A stretch of 64,000 nt of DNA, taken from the NCBI GenBank assembly GCA_025454875.1, contig JALONP010000004.1, forward strand, positions 7,484 through 71,483, written 5' to 3'. A model generated the notes under the pieces. That model was not told where the DNA came from. It worked only from the letters and a program-made list of their open reading frames with translations, and did no database searches. The position numbers were made by a program, and so were the translations under genes. Shown piece by piece: positions 1 to 10,429 of this stretch (position 1 is the first letter of the stretch; each line of letters starts with the position of its first letter). The DNA comes from Bacteroidia bacterium (GTDB lineage Bacteria; Bacteroidota; Bacteroidia; UKL13-3).

Positions 1-555
1 CTCAAGGTTAATTTCATTACTTACAAGCTCACTTACTTTGTAAGAGCCCAAAAATTGAATAGAAAGAGGCGCTAGTAAAAAGTAACCGAACAAAATTCCA
101 ATGAAAAAAAGCATTGAACTAAAAAAAACAAGTCCCTTTGCATAGTTTTTTTCACGTGTGCTTAAAGCTGGTTTAATAAAACGCCATAGTTCCCATAATA
201 AGTATGGAAACGCCAATATGATTCCTGTAATAAATGCAATGAAAATATGTTGGGTAAATTGGCCCGACATGCTGATATTGGATAACACAAAACCCATTTC
301 ACGAATACAATACGCATCCGATTGTGTTAAGGTGTACGAAAGTTCACACAACATCGTATAAGTCCAAAATGTAGGTTTTATGGGTCCAAACAAAATGATG
401 TCGAACAAAATGTATTTGTTTACAAATGCAACGACCGTAAAAAACATAATAGCCGCTGCAGATCTGAATAAGTGCCCACGCAGTGCATCAATATGATCAA
501 AAAAGGACATCTCCTTTTCTTCGTCAAAAATATCATCAGGTTGATCAAGCGCCAT
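1..555 (-). CDS. tatC: Sec-independent (twin-arginine) translocase subunit TatC, N-terminal part; the gene runs off the window start. Alternative start at 512.
   Basis: The reverse-strand translation, 'MALDQPDDIFDEEKEMSFFDHIDALRGHLFRSAAAIMFFTVVAF...PYLLWELWRFIKPAL', matches the TatC N-terminus (E. coli '..LITHLIELRKRLL') and has polytopic hydrophobic segments. It is not in the ORF track because there is no in-window stop. Confidence 0.6.
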   Translation of the reverse strand, partial: MALDQPDDIFDEEKEMSFFDHIDALRGHLFRSAAAIMFFTVVAFVNKYILFDIILFGPIKPTFWTYTMLCELSYTLTQSDAYCIREMGFVLSNISMSGQFTQHIFIAFITGIILAFPYLLWELWRFIKPALSTREKNYAKGLVFFSSMLFFIGILFGYFLLAPLSIQFLGSYKVSELVSNEINLE

Positions 556-602
556 AAACGGGGGCGAAAATACCAACTATTGTTGGTTATAAAAAACGCT
601 GG

Positions 603-1589
603 TTAAAATGGTTTGAGTTGGTAATAAATGCTAAGTCCGATAAACAAGAGTAACAACACTTCCTTTATAATGAGGCCTTTTGTGCTGATAAAATAATAAG
701 CAACAACCACACTTAAAGGAATACTCAAATAGAATAATGCATAGATATAATGTGTGTTCTCAATAAACACTCCTAAAATTCCAATAAAAAACAACAAGGC
801 AATGCTTTGAAGAATCCTCCTTGTTTTTACCACATTTCTGAAAAAATTTGCTTGAAGGTTAAATGAAGCGATTAGTAAAATAGGCACTAACAGCAATAAT
901 GGAATCAACGATACAAGACCTCCAAACTGCGTTACTTGTAAGGTACGCTCAAAACTTTTTACCGTAAATGCAGCCACACTCCAAAACTGATTGGTGAGGT
1001 AAAAGTAAGCAGCAGCAAAATAAAGCGGAATTGCTATTCCGATAAGTGTTAAGATCAAATACCGAATATTAAACGAAGTAAAAATAACCACACTAATCAA
1101 GATGTATGGTAGAAATATGGCAACATCATAGTTAAATAACCAGGCGAATCCTAAATACATGCCCGCATCAATTACAATCAACAGCGGACGATCAGATTCG
1201 TACAAATAACATAACCGCTGAAACATCAATATAATAAACGTATTGGAAACAAGTTGAGGTGTAAGCTCGGTTTGTTGAGGGTACAATGAATTGAGAACAA
1301 CAAAAAACAGCCCAGGCAAAAAAGTATCTTTATATAAAATTCCGTGTTTGGCAACGATATAGTTAACCAATAAGGCTTGCATTAGCACCAGCACGGTAGC
1401 CATTACATAACTCAGCCGTATGGGATCTGGCAATGACTTTACCCAACTGAATAGAATATTGGATAATGGCGCAGTTTGGATAAATATATAAGGTTGCGGA
1501 TTAAACAATACAGGCAAACGAAGCAATGCAAGCAGCGCCACTAACAAAACTGCTGCAAAAACGGTATTTTGTCTGAACAAATTAACCAC
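603..1589 (-). CDS. Hypothetical polytopic integral membrane protein, about 9-10 TM helices.
   Basis: 328-aa ORF that is hydrophobic throughout with no recognisable catalytic motif. It is co-directional with tatC and tightly spaced. Confidence 0.5.
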   Translation of the reverse strand: MVNLFRQNTVFAAVLLVALLALLRLPVLFNPQPYIFIQTAPLSNILFSWVKSLPDPIRLSYVMATVLVLMQALLVNYIVAKHGILYKDTFLPGLFFVVLNSLYPQQTELTPQLVSNTFIILMFQRLCYLYESDRPLLIVIDAGMYLGFAWLFNYDVAIFLPYILISVVIFTSFNIRYLILTLIGIAIPLYFAAAYFYLTNQFWSVAAFTVKSFERTLQVTQFGGLVSLIPLLLLVPILLIASFNLQANFFRNVVKTRRILQSIALLFFIGILGVFIENTHYIYALFYLSIPLSVVVAYYFISTKGLIIKEVLLLLFIGLSIYYQLKPF

Positions 1590-1599
1590 GTAAAATCAA

Positions 1600-3084
1600 T
1601 TAATAAGTTAGTTTAAGCAATGTGAAACGCCTGTCTTTTAGAGTGCAAATCAATGAGGCATTGTACCCGATTTGTTTCGACTCTTTCGGCATCAATAATA
1701 CATAATAACTGATTGCCTTGATTAAAATTTTAGTTTCAACTTGACCTAACGGATTCATGGAACTCACCATTATGTCTCCTTCGTTAGAAACATCGTTACT
1801 GTAAATAAAATGAAGCTTTTCAGGGGTGTTTAACAATACGAATGAGGAGTAATATCCACCATCATTTATACTTGATTGGTTTTTTTTGATAAACTCCTGA
1901 AACTGGGTTTTGCCTTCAGCGTTTTTCGAAATCACAACAATCTCGTCATACTTAAACTCGGTTCTAGACGCTGTTTGTGGAAATCCATTTGCTGCATAAT
2001 AAGTATAGGTTTGCCTAACCTCACTGTATTTCTCGGTAATCAATATACATCCTCCATCACTACGTGGAATTACCTTTCGGATATACAAATCAGTTAAATA
2101 AGGGCCTGTTTCGTTTAACATAGTTGAAGATACTTTGGAGCTAAATGACTTGGCCATTGGTTCAAAATAGGCCGTTTTAACCAAAGCCGACTCCATGTCA
2201 ATTGCATACATAAAGGTGCCCATTACCGCATTGTTTTGTTCTAAGCTATATGTTCCAGCAACATTTAAAATACCGGCTTGATTGTTCACGGTAAATCCAA
2301 TATCATTAATAAAAAAAGAATCGGTTCCTATCGAAAATTCGAGTACACGATCTGTTGCAGCAAAATAACTGTATATAAAAAAATCGCGCAGTTCCTTCTC
2401 ATTTCGTTTGCGGCTGTTCACCCTTGGATAATCAATTAGTAAATGTGCATTGCCTTTGTTGTCGGCCTCCATATTAGACAATACAATATCAGCAGGTGCA
2501 TATTGTACATTCACCATTTTTTCGAACCGCGGTTGCAAGTTTGCATCAAACCCTTTCATCCAAATAGTACCTGTTTCTTTAGTCGACCCGGCAGTAATAT
2601 AAGCAATGGTTAAAAACTGTTTGTTGGCAGAAAGGTGCACGTTCATTTCGGTATTGCTTTTAAACAACGATGCATCAATACGGGTAAGCATATTGATGGG
2701 TCCGGATTTTAAACTAGCATCAACCTTCCAACAAAAAACATCAATTTTGGGTACTGAGTCATTACGAGCAGAGGCCACCACCAAAACGCCATCAGGCAGT
2801 AACAACAGCGACTCAAGAACAGAACCATAAGGTTGTTTCAAGTCAATACTATTATCAAGCGCCAAGTTGCTTTTGTATTTTTCAAGCGTGATATCGGCTA
2901 AGAAATCACCATTTTTACATCGGGCTACAAAAATACCTGTGCTGTTTTCGCCAATCACCTTGGTGTAACTGGTTTTGTTTTTTACTTTTTGTTGATTGCT
3001 CCAATCAATTTGCTGCGCTTGGAGCAACGAGGTAATCGTTGACAAAAAGATGAAGATATACGTACGTGCTATTTGATTTCCCAT
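1600..3084 (-). CDS. Hypothetical secreted protein with an N-terminal signal peptide.
   Basis: 494-aa ORF. The N-terminus 'MGNQIARTYIFIFLSTITSLLQAQQ' looks like a Sec signal. It lies 10 bp upstream of the membrane protein gene, so the two are probably co-transcribed. Confidence 0.5.
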   Translation of the reverse strand: MGNQIARTYIFIFLSTITSLLQAQQIDWSNQQKVKNKTSYTKVIGENSTGIFVARCKNGDFLADITLEKYKSNLALDNSIDLKQPYGSVLESLLLLPDGVLVVASARNDSVPKIDVFCWKVDASLKSGPINMLTRIDASLFKSNTEMNVHLSANKQFLTIAYITAGSTKETGTIWMKGFDANLQPRFEKMVNVQYAPADIVLSNMEADNKGNAHLLIDYPRVNSRKRNEKELRDFFIYSYFAATDRVLEFSIGTDSFFINDIGFTVNNQAGILNVAGTYSLEQNNAVMGTFMYAIDMESALVKTAYFEPMAKSFSSKVSSTMLNETGPYLTDLYIRKVIPRSDGGCILITEKYSEVRQTYTYYAANGFPQTASRTEFKYDEIVVISKNAEGKTQFQEFIKKNQSSINDGGYYSSFVLLNTPEKLHFIYSNDVSNEGDIMVSSMNPLGQVETKILIKAISYYVLLMPKESKQIGYNASLICTLKDRRFTLLKLTY

Positions 3085-3145
3085 TTACTTTGCACCACAA
3101 ATTAAAGCGATTAGCGCAATAAACAAACAGCAGCACCTATTACAA

Positions 3146-4336
3146 ATGGTACGACAAACAGGATTTGACACGAAGAAGAAACAAGAAAAAGCAATATTGG
3201 TAGGTGTGATTAGCCAAAATCAGCAAACCGAGCAGGCTGAAGAATACCTTGAAGAACTGGCTTTTTTAACTTTAACTGCAGGAGCTCGGGTGGTGAAAAG
3301 GTTTTTGCAGCGCCTTCATACGCCTGATCGTAAATACTATATTGGCTCAGGTAAGGTAGAAGAAATTGATGCGTTTATTAAAACCAACGAAATAGACTTG
3401 GTTATTTTTGACGATGAACTGAGTCCATCTCAATTACGCAATCTAACCCAAGCCCTCAATTGCAAGATATTAGACCGAAGCAATTTAATACTGGATATTT
3501 TCGCCACACGAGCACGCACTGCACAAGCCAAGTACCAAGTTGAATTAGCGCAAGCTCAATACTTACTTCCACGCTTAACACGCATGTGGACTCACTTAAG
3601 TAAACAAAAAGGTGGAATCGGGATGAAAGGGCCCGGTGAAACCGAGATTGAAACCGATAGACGTATCCTCCGAAACAATATTGCAAAGTTAAAAGAGCGC
3701 CTTGAGGCAATTGATAAACAAAGCACTACTCGCAGGCAAAATAGAGATGATAAAGCGCGTGTTGCATTGGTGGGTTACACAAATGTTGGTAAATCCACCT
3801 TATTAAACGTACTGAGTAAAAGTGATGTGCTTGCTGAAAACAAACTGTTTGCAACCTTAGATGCTACCGTTCGTAAAGTGGTCATTGACAATATTCCTTT
3901 TCTGGTAACAGATACCGTAGGATTCATTAGAAAGTTACCTCATCATTTAATTGAGTGTTTTAAATCAACATTGGATGAAATAAGAGAGGCCGATGTATTG
4001 CTACATGTTGTAGATGTTTCACATCCCAATTTTGAAGAACAAATTGAAGTGGTTAATAAAACCCTTGCTGATTTAGGAGCACACACCAAACCCGTGTTGC
4101 TTGTTTTTAATAAAATAGATTTGCTTAAAGAACCCGAGCAACTCACCATTTCGGATACCGATAACCAAGAGCCGATTCCTTATGCAGAGCGCCTGAAACA
4201 AACGTGGATTGCAAAAGAAAACAGCCCCGTTATTTTTATTTCAGCCTCCGAAAAAGAAAATTTAAACGAACTCAAATCCGTGTTAATTTCAATGGTACAC
4301 CAGATAAAGCCGGCCAAAAACCGACCTTATGCATAA
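3146..4336 (+). CDS. hflX: GTPase HflX.
   Basis: HflX N-domain followed by a G-domain: P-loop 'GYTNVGKSTLLN', 'DTVGF', 'NKID'. 396 aa. Confidence 0.9.
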   Translation: MVRQTGFDTKKKQEKAILVGVISQNQQTEQAEEYLEELAFLTLTAGARVVKRFLQRLHTPDRKYYIGSGKVEEIDAFIKTNEIDLVIFDDELSPSQLRNLTQALNCKILDRSNLILDIFATRARTAQAKYQVELAQAQYLLPRLTRMWTHLSKQKGGIGMKGPGETEIETDRRILRNNIAKLKERLEAIDKQSTTRRQNRDDKARVALVGYTNVGKSTLLNVLSKSDVLAENKLFATLDATVRKVVIDNIPFLVTDTVGFIRKLPHHLIECFKSTLDEIREADVLLHVVDVSHPNFEEQIEVVNKTLADLGAHTKPVLLVFNKIDLLKEPEQLTISDTDNQEPIPYAERLKQTWIAKENSPVIFISASEKENLNELKSVLISMVHQIKPAKNRPYA

Positions 4337-4342
4337 GTGCAA

Positions 4343-6412
4343 TTAGCTTGTTGGGTTGGTTTCTGAAACTGGTTCTTGGGCAATTGCTTCACTCTCGGGT
4401 TTGGCATCAAAAGGCCTAGGACCGAGCACTTGTTCCAAATCATGTGGGAATAAAATTTCTTTTTCCAACAACAACTTTGCTAATGATTCGAGCATTCCTT
4501 TTTTTGCCGTTAACAAGGTTTTGGTTTGGGCATAACACTCATTTATCATATTGCGCACCTCAATATCAATCATCTCAGCAGTTTTATCACTGTAAGGTTT
4601 GGTAAATCCATATTCGTTGTGCGGGTCATGGAAACTTACATTACCCACTTTAGGATTCATTCCATAAATGCTCACCATCGCGTAGGCCATCTTGGTGATG
4701 CGCTCTAAGTCGTTTTGAGCACCTGTGCTAATTTTGCCAAACACAATATCTTCAGCAACCCTTCCACCCAACGTCATCATCATCATGTTTTTCATTTGCT
4801 CAGTAGTATACAAATATTGGTCTTTAGGTAGATATTGGGCATATCCCAAGGCTGCTACACCTCGCGGCACAATCGATACTTTAACCAATGGGTCTAGGCC
4901 TTCTAAAAACCAGCCCATAATGGCGTGGCCTGACTCGTGGTAAGCGATGATTTGTTTTTCTTCAGCGCTGATTAATTTGTTTTTCTTTTCCAAGCCTCCA
5001 ATAATGCGATCAACCGCGTCATGAAAATCTTGCATCTCAATTTTTTCTTTGTTCCTGCGCGCGGCAATCAATGCGGCTTCGTTACAAACGTTTGCAATAT
5101 CGGCACCGGCAAAACCGGCTGTTTGCATTGCTAACTTTGATGGATTAACATCCTCTCCTAATTTGAGTGGTTTTAAGTGCACCTTGAATATTTCTTCACG
5201 GCCATTCAAATCAGGTTTATCAATTGATATTTGCCTATCAAATCGTCCTGGACGAAGCAATGCTGCATCCAAAATATCTGGGCGGTTGGTTGCTGCTAAA
5301 ATGATAACTCCCAAATCTGTAGCAAAACCATCCATTTCGGTAAGCAATTGGTTCAATGTATTTTCGCGTTCATCATTGCCACCTTGGATTGCGTTGCGAC
5401 CACGCGCACGACCTACGGCATCAATCTCGTCAATGAATATAATACATGGCGCTTTTTCTTTGGCTTGTCTAAACAAATCGCGCACACGGCTGGCGCCCAC
5501 ACCTACAAACATTTCAACAAAATCAGACCCAGATAATGAAAAAAATGGAACCCCAGCTTCACCTGCCACCGCTTTTGCAAGCAAGGTTTTACCTGTTCCT
5601 GGAGGACCTACTAGCAAGGCTCCCTTAGGTATTTTTCCGCCAAGGTTGGTGTACTTCTTTGGGTTTTTTAGGAAGTCAACAATTTCCATAATTTCTACTT
5701 TCGCCTCATCCAAACCGGCAACATCCTTAAAGGTAACCTTCACCAAATTCTCTTTGTCAAAGAGTTGTGCTTTTGATTTGCCAATATTAAAAATTTGGCC
5801 TCCCGCTCCACCTGCTCCTCCGCCCATTCTACGCATCACAAACATCCACAAGCCAATTAATAGGACGAAAGGAAGAATCCATCCCAATATATCTCCTAGG
5901 TAATTGCGTTGGGTAACATACTCAACCGGAACTTGAATGGTTTGTCCGGGATTGTTTTTTTCATAAATCGCTCTTGCATTGTTTAAATCAGTTGAAAACT
6001 GGTTTACATCTCCAATTTCGAAATAATAATGCGGACCCACTTCATCTCCAAAAAAACCTCGGTCTTTTAACTCTTTGTATTTATCGCTTTTAACCGCTTC
6101 TTTCTTTAGGTAAATCTCTGCCCTTTCTTTATTTACAACCACAATTTTTTCGATATCATTGGTCATAATCATATCGTTTTGTACCTTGAACCAAGTTGTT
6201 TTTAAAGCTACATCTTGAGGCATAAATAAGGTGGCCAAAAACACTACGGCAACAACACCGTAAATCCAATAAAAGTTAAATTTGGGAACTGGGGGCATTT
6301 TAGGCTTTTGATTGCGGTTCGAATCTCCACCCGGTTTTAAATCTTGAGGTTTAATATCTGACATTCTTTCGTTGTTATTATACTGTATATAGATTAGCAA
6401 GAATAGGGACAA
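4343..6412 (-). CDS. ftsH: ATP-dependent zinc metalloprotease FtsH. The real start may be the internal Met at about 6364.
   Basis: N-terminal TM helices, an AAA+ domain with Walker A '[18 protein letters not shown]' and a second region of homology, and the zinc-binding 'HESGHA' motif. Confidence 0.92.
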   Translation of the reverse strand: MSLFLLIYIQYNNNERMSDIKPQDLKPGGDSNRNQKPKMPPVPKFNFYWIYGVVAVVFLATLFMPQDVALKTTWFKVQNDMIMTNDIEKIVVVNKERAEIYLKKEAVKSDKYKELKDRGFFGDEVGPHYYFEIGDVNQFSTDLNNARAIYEKNNPGQTIQVPVEYVTQRNYLGDILGWILPFVLLIGLWMFVMRRMGGGAGGAGGQIFNIGKSKAQLFDKENLVKVTFKDVAGLDEAKVEIMEIVDFLKNPKKYTNLGGKIPKGALLVGPPGTGKTLLAKAVAGEAGVPFFSLSGSDFVEMFVGVGASRVRDLFRQAKEKAPCIIFIDEIDAVGRARGRNAIQGGNDERENTLNQLLTEMDGFATDLGVIILAATNRPDILDAALLRPGRFDRQISIDKPDLNGREEIFKVHLKPLKLGEDVNPSKLAMQTAGFAGADIANVCNEAALIAARRNKEKIEMQDFHDAVDRIIGGLEKKNKLISAEEKQIIAYHESGHAIMGWFLEGLDPLVKVSIVPRGVAALGYAQYLPKDQYLYTTEQMKNMMMMTLGGRVAEDIVFGKISTGAQNDLERITKMAYAMVSIYGMNPKVGNVSFHDPHNEYGFTKPYSDKTAEMIDIEVRNMINECYAQTKTLLTAKKGMLESLAKLLLEKEILFPHDLEQVLGPRPFDAKPESEAIAQEPVSETNPTS

Positions 6413-6435
6413 AAAGTTTTATAGACAAACTGACA

Positions 6436-6996
6436 TTATCCTGCTACCAAGTTGGTAAGGGATTTGTAAACCCAAGACTGATCGAGGGTTTGCTTAAATT
6501 CTTTGTCAAAATCGCTTTTGGTTTGAACCGTTTTATTAAACACGATTGTTTGAGGATTAACATTTCCTTGTTGCCACCTAACCGATAATTCTTGTTTGCT
6601 CAGCGGAACTACTTGGTCATTTTCCCACAACTCAAGTTGCATCCGGTTAAATAAGTCGAGGTTATATTGTTTATTAATTTCAGTAATAAAATGGACAGAT
6701 TTATCGATTCCACAACCACTTACAGCAGCTACTTCTTCATTCACCGCGATTACCAAAAACAAATTGTGTAGGATGTCAAATGATGCAGATAACAACTGTT
6801 GGTGCGCTGTCCAGCTTGTTGTAAAGGCCTGACCCGCTTGCTCAATAACTTCTTTTTCTGTTAGAGTCAATATTCGGTTTGCCGCGTATATCCAGACCTT
6901 TGCCTCAGGTGGCATGTTTGTAAGTGATTGGTTCATGCTTGCGAAGGTACCAAAAACCAATCCAATAAAGACAGTTATCCGATAACCTGCCAACAT
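6436..6996 (-). CDS. Hypothetical protein with an N-terminal hydrophobic segment, directly upstream of ftsH on the same strand.
   Basis: 186-aa ORF; no family recognised by eye. 23-bp gap to ftsH. Confidence 0.4.
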   Translation of the reverse strand: MLAGYRITVFIGLVFGTFASMNQSLTNMPPEAKVWIYAANRILTLTEKEVIEQAGQAFTTSWTAHQQLLSASFDILHNLFLVIAVNEEVAAVSGCGIDKSVHFITEINKQYNLDLFNRMQLELWENDQVVPLSKQELSVRWQQGNVNPQTIVFNKTVQTKSDFDKEFKQTLDQSWVYKSLTNLVAG

Positions 6997-7010
6997 TGCG
7001 GTTTTAGGAT

Positions 7011-8306
7011 ATGATGCGGTTACATTGGATGCTTCTTGTTATACTTGCACTTTATCTGGTAACTGTGAATAAAACTGATATTGTGATTATAGGGGCAGGC
7101 CCAGCAGGCTGTGCAACATCCCTTTTTTTAGCTAAAAACAACATTCCCCATACGGTGATTGAGAGAGCTGTTTTCCCCAGAGATAAAGTTTGCGGTGATG
7201 CGTTGAGTGGAAAAACAGTGTATGTACTTAACCAGTTAGACCCAACAATCATCCCTGCATTTGACTCTCAAAAAAACACGTTTATCGAAAGTTGGGGGGT
7301 GAAATTTGTTGCCCCGAATGGCAAGGCAATTGATATTCCCTTTAAGTCAGATATGAGCAAAGAGCAATATCCACCTGGCTTTATCAGCAAAAGGTTCGAT
7401 TTTGATCATGAGTTGTTTAAGCGATTGGATCGGAATTATGCCGAGGTGCTTGAGGGGGCCGAAGTAACCGATATTGAACGTTTGCCGAATGGTACAATTG
7501 TTTCTTACTCACAAAATGGGTTAACCCAAACCATACAAGCCAAACTGGTTATTGGTGCCGAAGGTGATCGAAGTATTGTTGCAAAAAAGCTCGGTAAAAT
7601 CCAGAAAGAAAACGAACACTATTGTGCTGGCATTCGCGCTTATTATTCAGGAGTGACAGGCATGCATCCACAACATTTTATTGAATTGCACTTTTTACCC
7701 GAATTACTCCCTGGTTATTTTTGGATCTTTCCATTACCCAATGGTATGGCCAATATTGGCGCTGGCATGTTAAGCAAAGAGGTGAGTAAACGTAAGGTCA
7801 ATTTAAAAGCCGATATGCTCAAGGCCATTGAAAACAACCCTAATATCAAAGAGCGTTTTAAAAACGCAAAATTAGAAGGCAAAATACAAGGATGGGGCTT
7901 GCCATTAGGAAGTAAAAAAAGACCCTTAAGTGGAAACGGGTTTTTGTTAACTGGAGATGCCGGTTCCTTAATTGATCCATTTACCGGTGAGGGTATTGGC
8001 AATGCGCTGTACAGCGGAATGATGGCAGCCGAATGGATTGTAAAAGCAATTAACAAACAACGGTTTGATGGGGAATTTTTGAAACAATACGACCATGCCT
8101 TTTACGAACGGCAGTGGGACGAATTAAAGTTAAGCCATACCATGCAACGCCTTTGTAAATATCCTTGGCTCTTTAACCTTGTGGTAAATAAAGCACATAA
8201 AAATAAAGCCCTGCGTGAAACCATTAGTTGCATGTTCGAAGACCTTGATCTGCGCTCAAAACTGAGGAACCCACTCTTTTACATTAAGCTGTTGATGAAT
8301 GATTAA
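7011..8306 (+). CDS. FAD-dependent oxidoreductase of the geranylgeranyl reductase family.
   Basis: Rossmann dinucleotide-binding 'DIVIIGAGPAGCATSL' and a '...RDKVCGDALS' motif typical of geranylgeranyl reductases. 431 aa. Confidence 0.78.
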   Translation: MMRLHWMLLVILALYLVTVNKTDIVIIGAGPAGCATSLFLAKNNIPHTVIERAVFPRDKVCGDALSGKTVYVLNQLDPTIIPAFDSQKNTFIESWGVKFVAPNGKAIDIPFKSDMSKEQYPPGFISKRFDFDHELFKRLDRNYAEVLEGAEVTDIERLPNGTIVSYSQNGLTQTIQAKLVIGAEGDRSIVAKKLGKIQKENEHYCAGIRAYYSGVTGMHPQHFIELHFLPELLPGYFWIFPLPNGMANIGAGMLSKEVSKRKVNLKADMLKAIENNPNIKERFKNAKLEGKIQGWGLPLGSKKRPLSGNGFLLTGDAGSLIDPFTGEGIGNALYSGMMAAEWIVKAINKQRFDGEFLKQYDHAFYERQWDELKLSHTMQRLCKYPWLFNLVVNKAHKNKALRETISCMFEDLDLRSKLRNPLFYIKLLMND

Positions 8307-8382
8307 ATTCACATTGGATTGGGTAACAACCTAAATTGCCTTAAAATGTTATCTTTGCCGCCTTTAAACAACTAAAGGCTCA

Positions 8383-9606
8383 GTGAAAAGAAAAGTGATT
8401 GTTATTGGCGGAGGTGCTGCCGGTTTTTTTTCGGCCATTACTTGCGCTCAAGCAAGTAAGGATGCAGAAGTTATCTTGCTTGAAAAAACAAATAAGTTAT
8501 TAAGTAAAGTAGCCGTATCGGGCGGTGGCCGGTGCAATGTAACCCATGCTTGTTTTGATAATAAAACCCTCACCGCCAGTTACCCAAGAGGCGAAAAACA
8601 ACTCAAAAGTGCGTTTAGCAGATTTACCACCACAGATACCATCGCTTGGTTTGAATCAAAGGGTGTTAAGTTGAAAACAGAAGCGGATGGCCGCATGTTT
8701 CCTTCAACTGACAAATCAGAAACCATTATTGATTGTTTGCTCAAAGAAGCCAAAAAAGCCAAAGTCACCATCCAAACCGAAACGGGGGTAAGCGCTATTA
8801 AAACAAAATTTGACGGTGGTTTTGATGTTGAATTGACCAATGGCAAAGTGCTCGAATGTGATAAAATCATTTTGGCAACAGGCGGCAGTCCTAAAATGCA
8901 AGGCTTTGATTGGATTCAAAAACTAGGACACCAAATTGTTGAACCCATTCCTTCATTGTTCACCTTTAATATTCCAAACAACCCAATTGTTGAATTACAA
9001 GGAATTGCTGTCAATCCAGCAAAGGTGAAAATTGTAGATAGCAAACTGGAGTTTGCCGGTCCAACGTTAATCACACATTGGGGATTAAGTGGGCCAGCCG
9101 TATTAAAATTATCGGCTTACGGAGCGCGTCTTTTAGCGGAGCGCAATTACGAGTTTAGCATCCAAGTAAGTTGGTTGAATCAAAAAAAAGAAGAAGCGCT
9201 GAGGCAAGAGTTGTTTAATATCAAAGCAGCCAACCCTCACAAGCAAATTGGCAATTCGATGCCTGTTGTATTGCCAAAACGTTTGCTTGAATTTATATTA
9301 GAAAAATCAGGCGTTTCGCCCGAAACACGTTGGGCTGAAGTAAGCAAAGACCATATCCAAGCCTTACAAGACAACCTCTTGTATGATACGTATAAGGTTA
9401 GTGGAAAAACTACTTTTAAAGAAGAATTCGTAACTTGTGGTGGTGTACACTTAGATGACGTTGATTTTAAAACTATGGAAAGCAAACGTTGCAAAGGACT
9501 TCATTTTGCTGGCGAAGTTCTGGATATTGATGGCATCACTGGAGGGTTTAATTTTCAAGCAGCTTGGACTACAGGATTCATTGCAGGACATGGTGTGCTT
9601 AAATAA
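8383..9606 (+). CDS. NAD(P)/FAD-dependent oxidoreductase of the HI0933/BaiN/YhiN-like flavoprotein family. GTG start.
   Basis: 'VIVIGGGAAGFFSAI', the family signature '...VSGGGRCNVTHA' and a C-terminal 'GGFNFQAAWTTG'. 407 aa. Confidence 0.8.
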   Translation: MKRKVIVIGGGAAGFFSAITCAQASKDAEVILLEKTNKLLSKVAVSGGGRCNVTHACFDNKTLTASYPRGEKQLKSAFSRFTTTDTIAWFESKGVKLKTEADGRMFPSTDKSETIIDCLLKEAKKAKVTIQTETGVSAIKTKFDGGFDVELTNGKVLECDKIILATGGSPKMQGFDWIQKLGHQIVEPIPSLFTFNIPNNPIVELQGIAVNPAKVKIVDSKLEFAGPTLITHWGLSGPAVLKLSAYGARLLAERNYEFSIQVSWLNQKKEEALRQELFNIKAANPHKQIGNSMPVVLPKRLLEFILEKSGVSPETRWAEVSKDHIQALQDNLLYDTYKVSGKTTFKEEFVTCGGVHLDDVDFKTMESKRCKGLHFAGEVLDIDGITGGFNFQAAWTTGFIAGHGVLK

Positions 9607-9671
9607 ATTTGATTCAATCATAAACCAATCGCTAACCCCTTTGTTTAACGTTAACAATACGCAATCGTTGA

Positions 9672-10412
9672 TTGGCAATGGAAGTTATTAATTTTGATGC
9701 AGGCCATCACCTACCCGATGGAGGTCTTTGGTACAGTGAAACAAATCCTGCTCACTTAATTGTAGAACCCTTTAATGCATTATCAGCAATGGTTTTTGTA
9801 TTCATTGCTGCTTGGTGGCTCACTAAATTAAAAGGTAAATTCGAAGAGCGTTCCTTTTTATACATTGCCTCCATCATCCTTATGGTGGGTGCCATTGGTG
9901 GTAGTATTTACCACGCATTTAGGTACTCTGCATTTTTTATTTACATGGATTGGTTGCCCATTCTCATTTTATGCCTAATGGCTTCTACCTACTTTTTATA
10001 CCATGTGATTAAAAAACTTAACTATGCACTGGCCATTATGTTTGGTATTGTGCTTATACAAATAGTGGTTTGGAATATTGGCAACAAAAGAGGGCATTAC
10101 AATATCAATGTTAACTATGCAATGATGGCGGTGGCAGTTTTAGCTCCCTTGCTTTTGTTTATGCGTAAAAAGAAATTCAGGGATTGGAAATTGATTGTTG
10201 GGGCGGTACTTTCTTTTTTATGTGCTTTGTTTTTTAGGATTGTTGATGCGGATCAATGGCTCGAAATGGGCACACATTTTTTATGGCACTTGTTTGGAGC
10301 AGTTGCTTGCCATTTAATGTTTCTATACATTTATAACTCATACCATCCTGATGAAGATACCTCTGTTTCTTTAAGGCGTAAAAGCCACAAACAATCAAGT
10401 ATATCATCATAA
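9672..10412 (+). CDS. Hypothetical 7-TM membrane protein, possibly ceramidase/hemolysin-III-like.
   Basis: 246 aa with several hydrophobic helices carrying conserved His and Asp residues. The family assignment is only a guess. Confidence 0.4.
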   Translation: MAMEVINFDAGHHLPDGGLWYSETNPAHLIVEPFNALSAMVFVFIAAWWLTKLKGKFEERSFLYIASIILMVGAIGGSIYHAFRYSAFFIYMDWLPILILCLMASTYFLYHVIKKLNYALAIMFGIVLIQIVVWNIGNKRGHYNINVNYAMMAVAVLAPLLLFMRKKKFRDWKLIVGAVLSFLCALFFRIVDADQWLEMGTHFLWHLFGAVACHLMFLYIYNSYHPDEDTSVSLRRKSHKQSSISS

Positions 10413-10429
10413 AGAACCATCACTCATCA

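Noticed and set aside
158-361. 67-aa plus-strand ORF at the window start.
   Set aside because: It overlaps, in antisense, the well-supported partial tatC gene.
5049-5903. 284-aa plus-strand ORF.
   Set aside because: It is entirely antisense to the highly conserved ftsH AAA domain, and its composition is low-complexity and Ser/Pro/Ala-rich.
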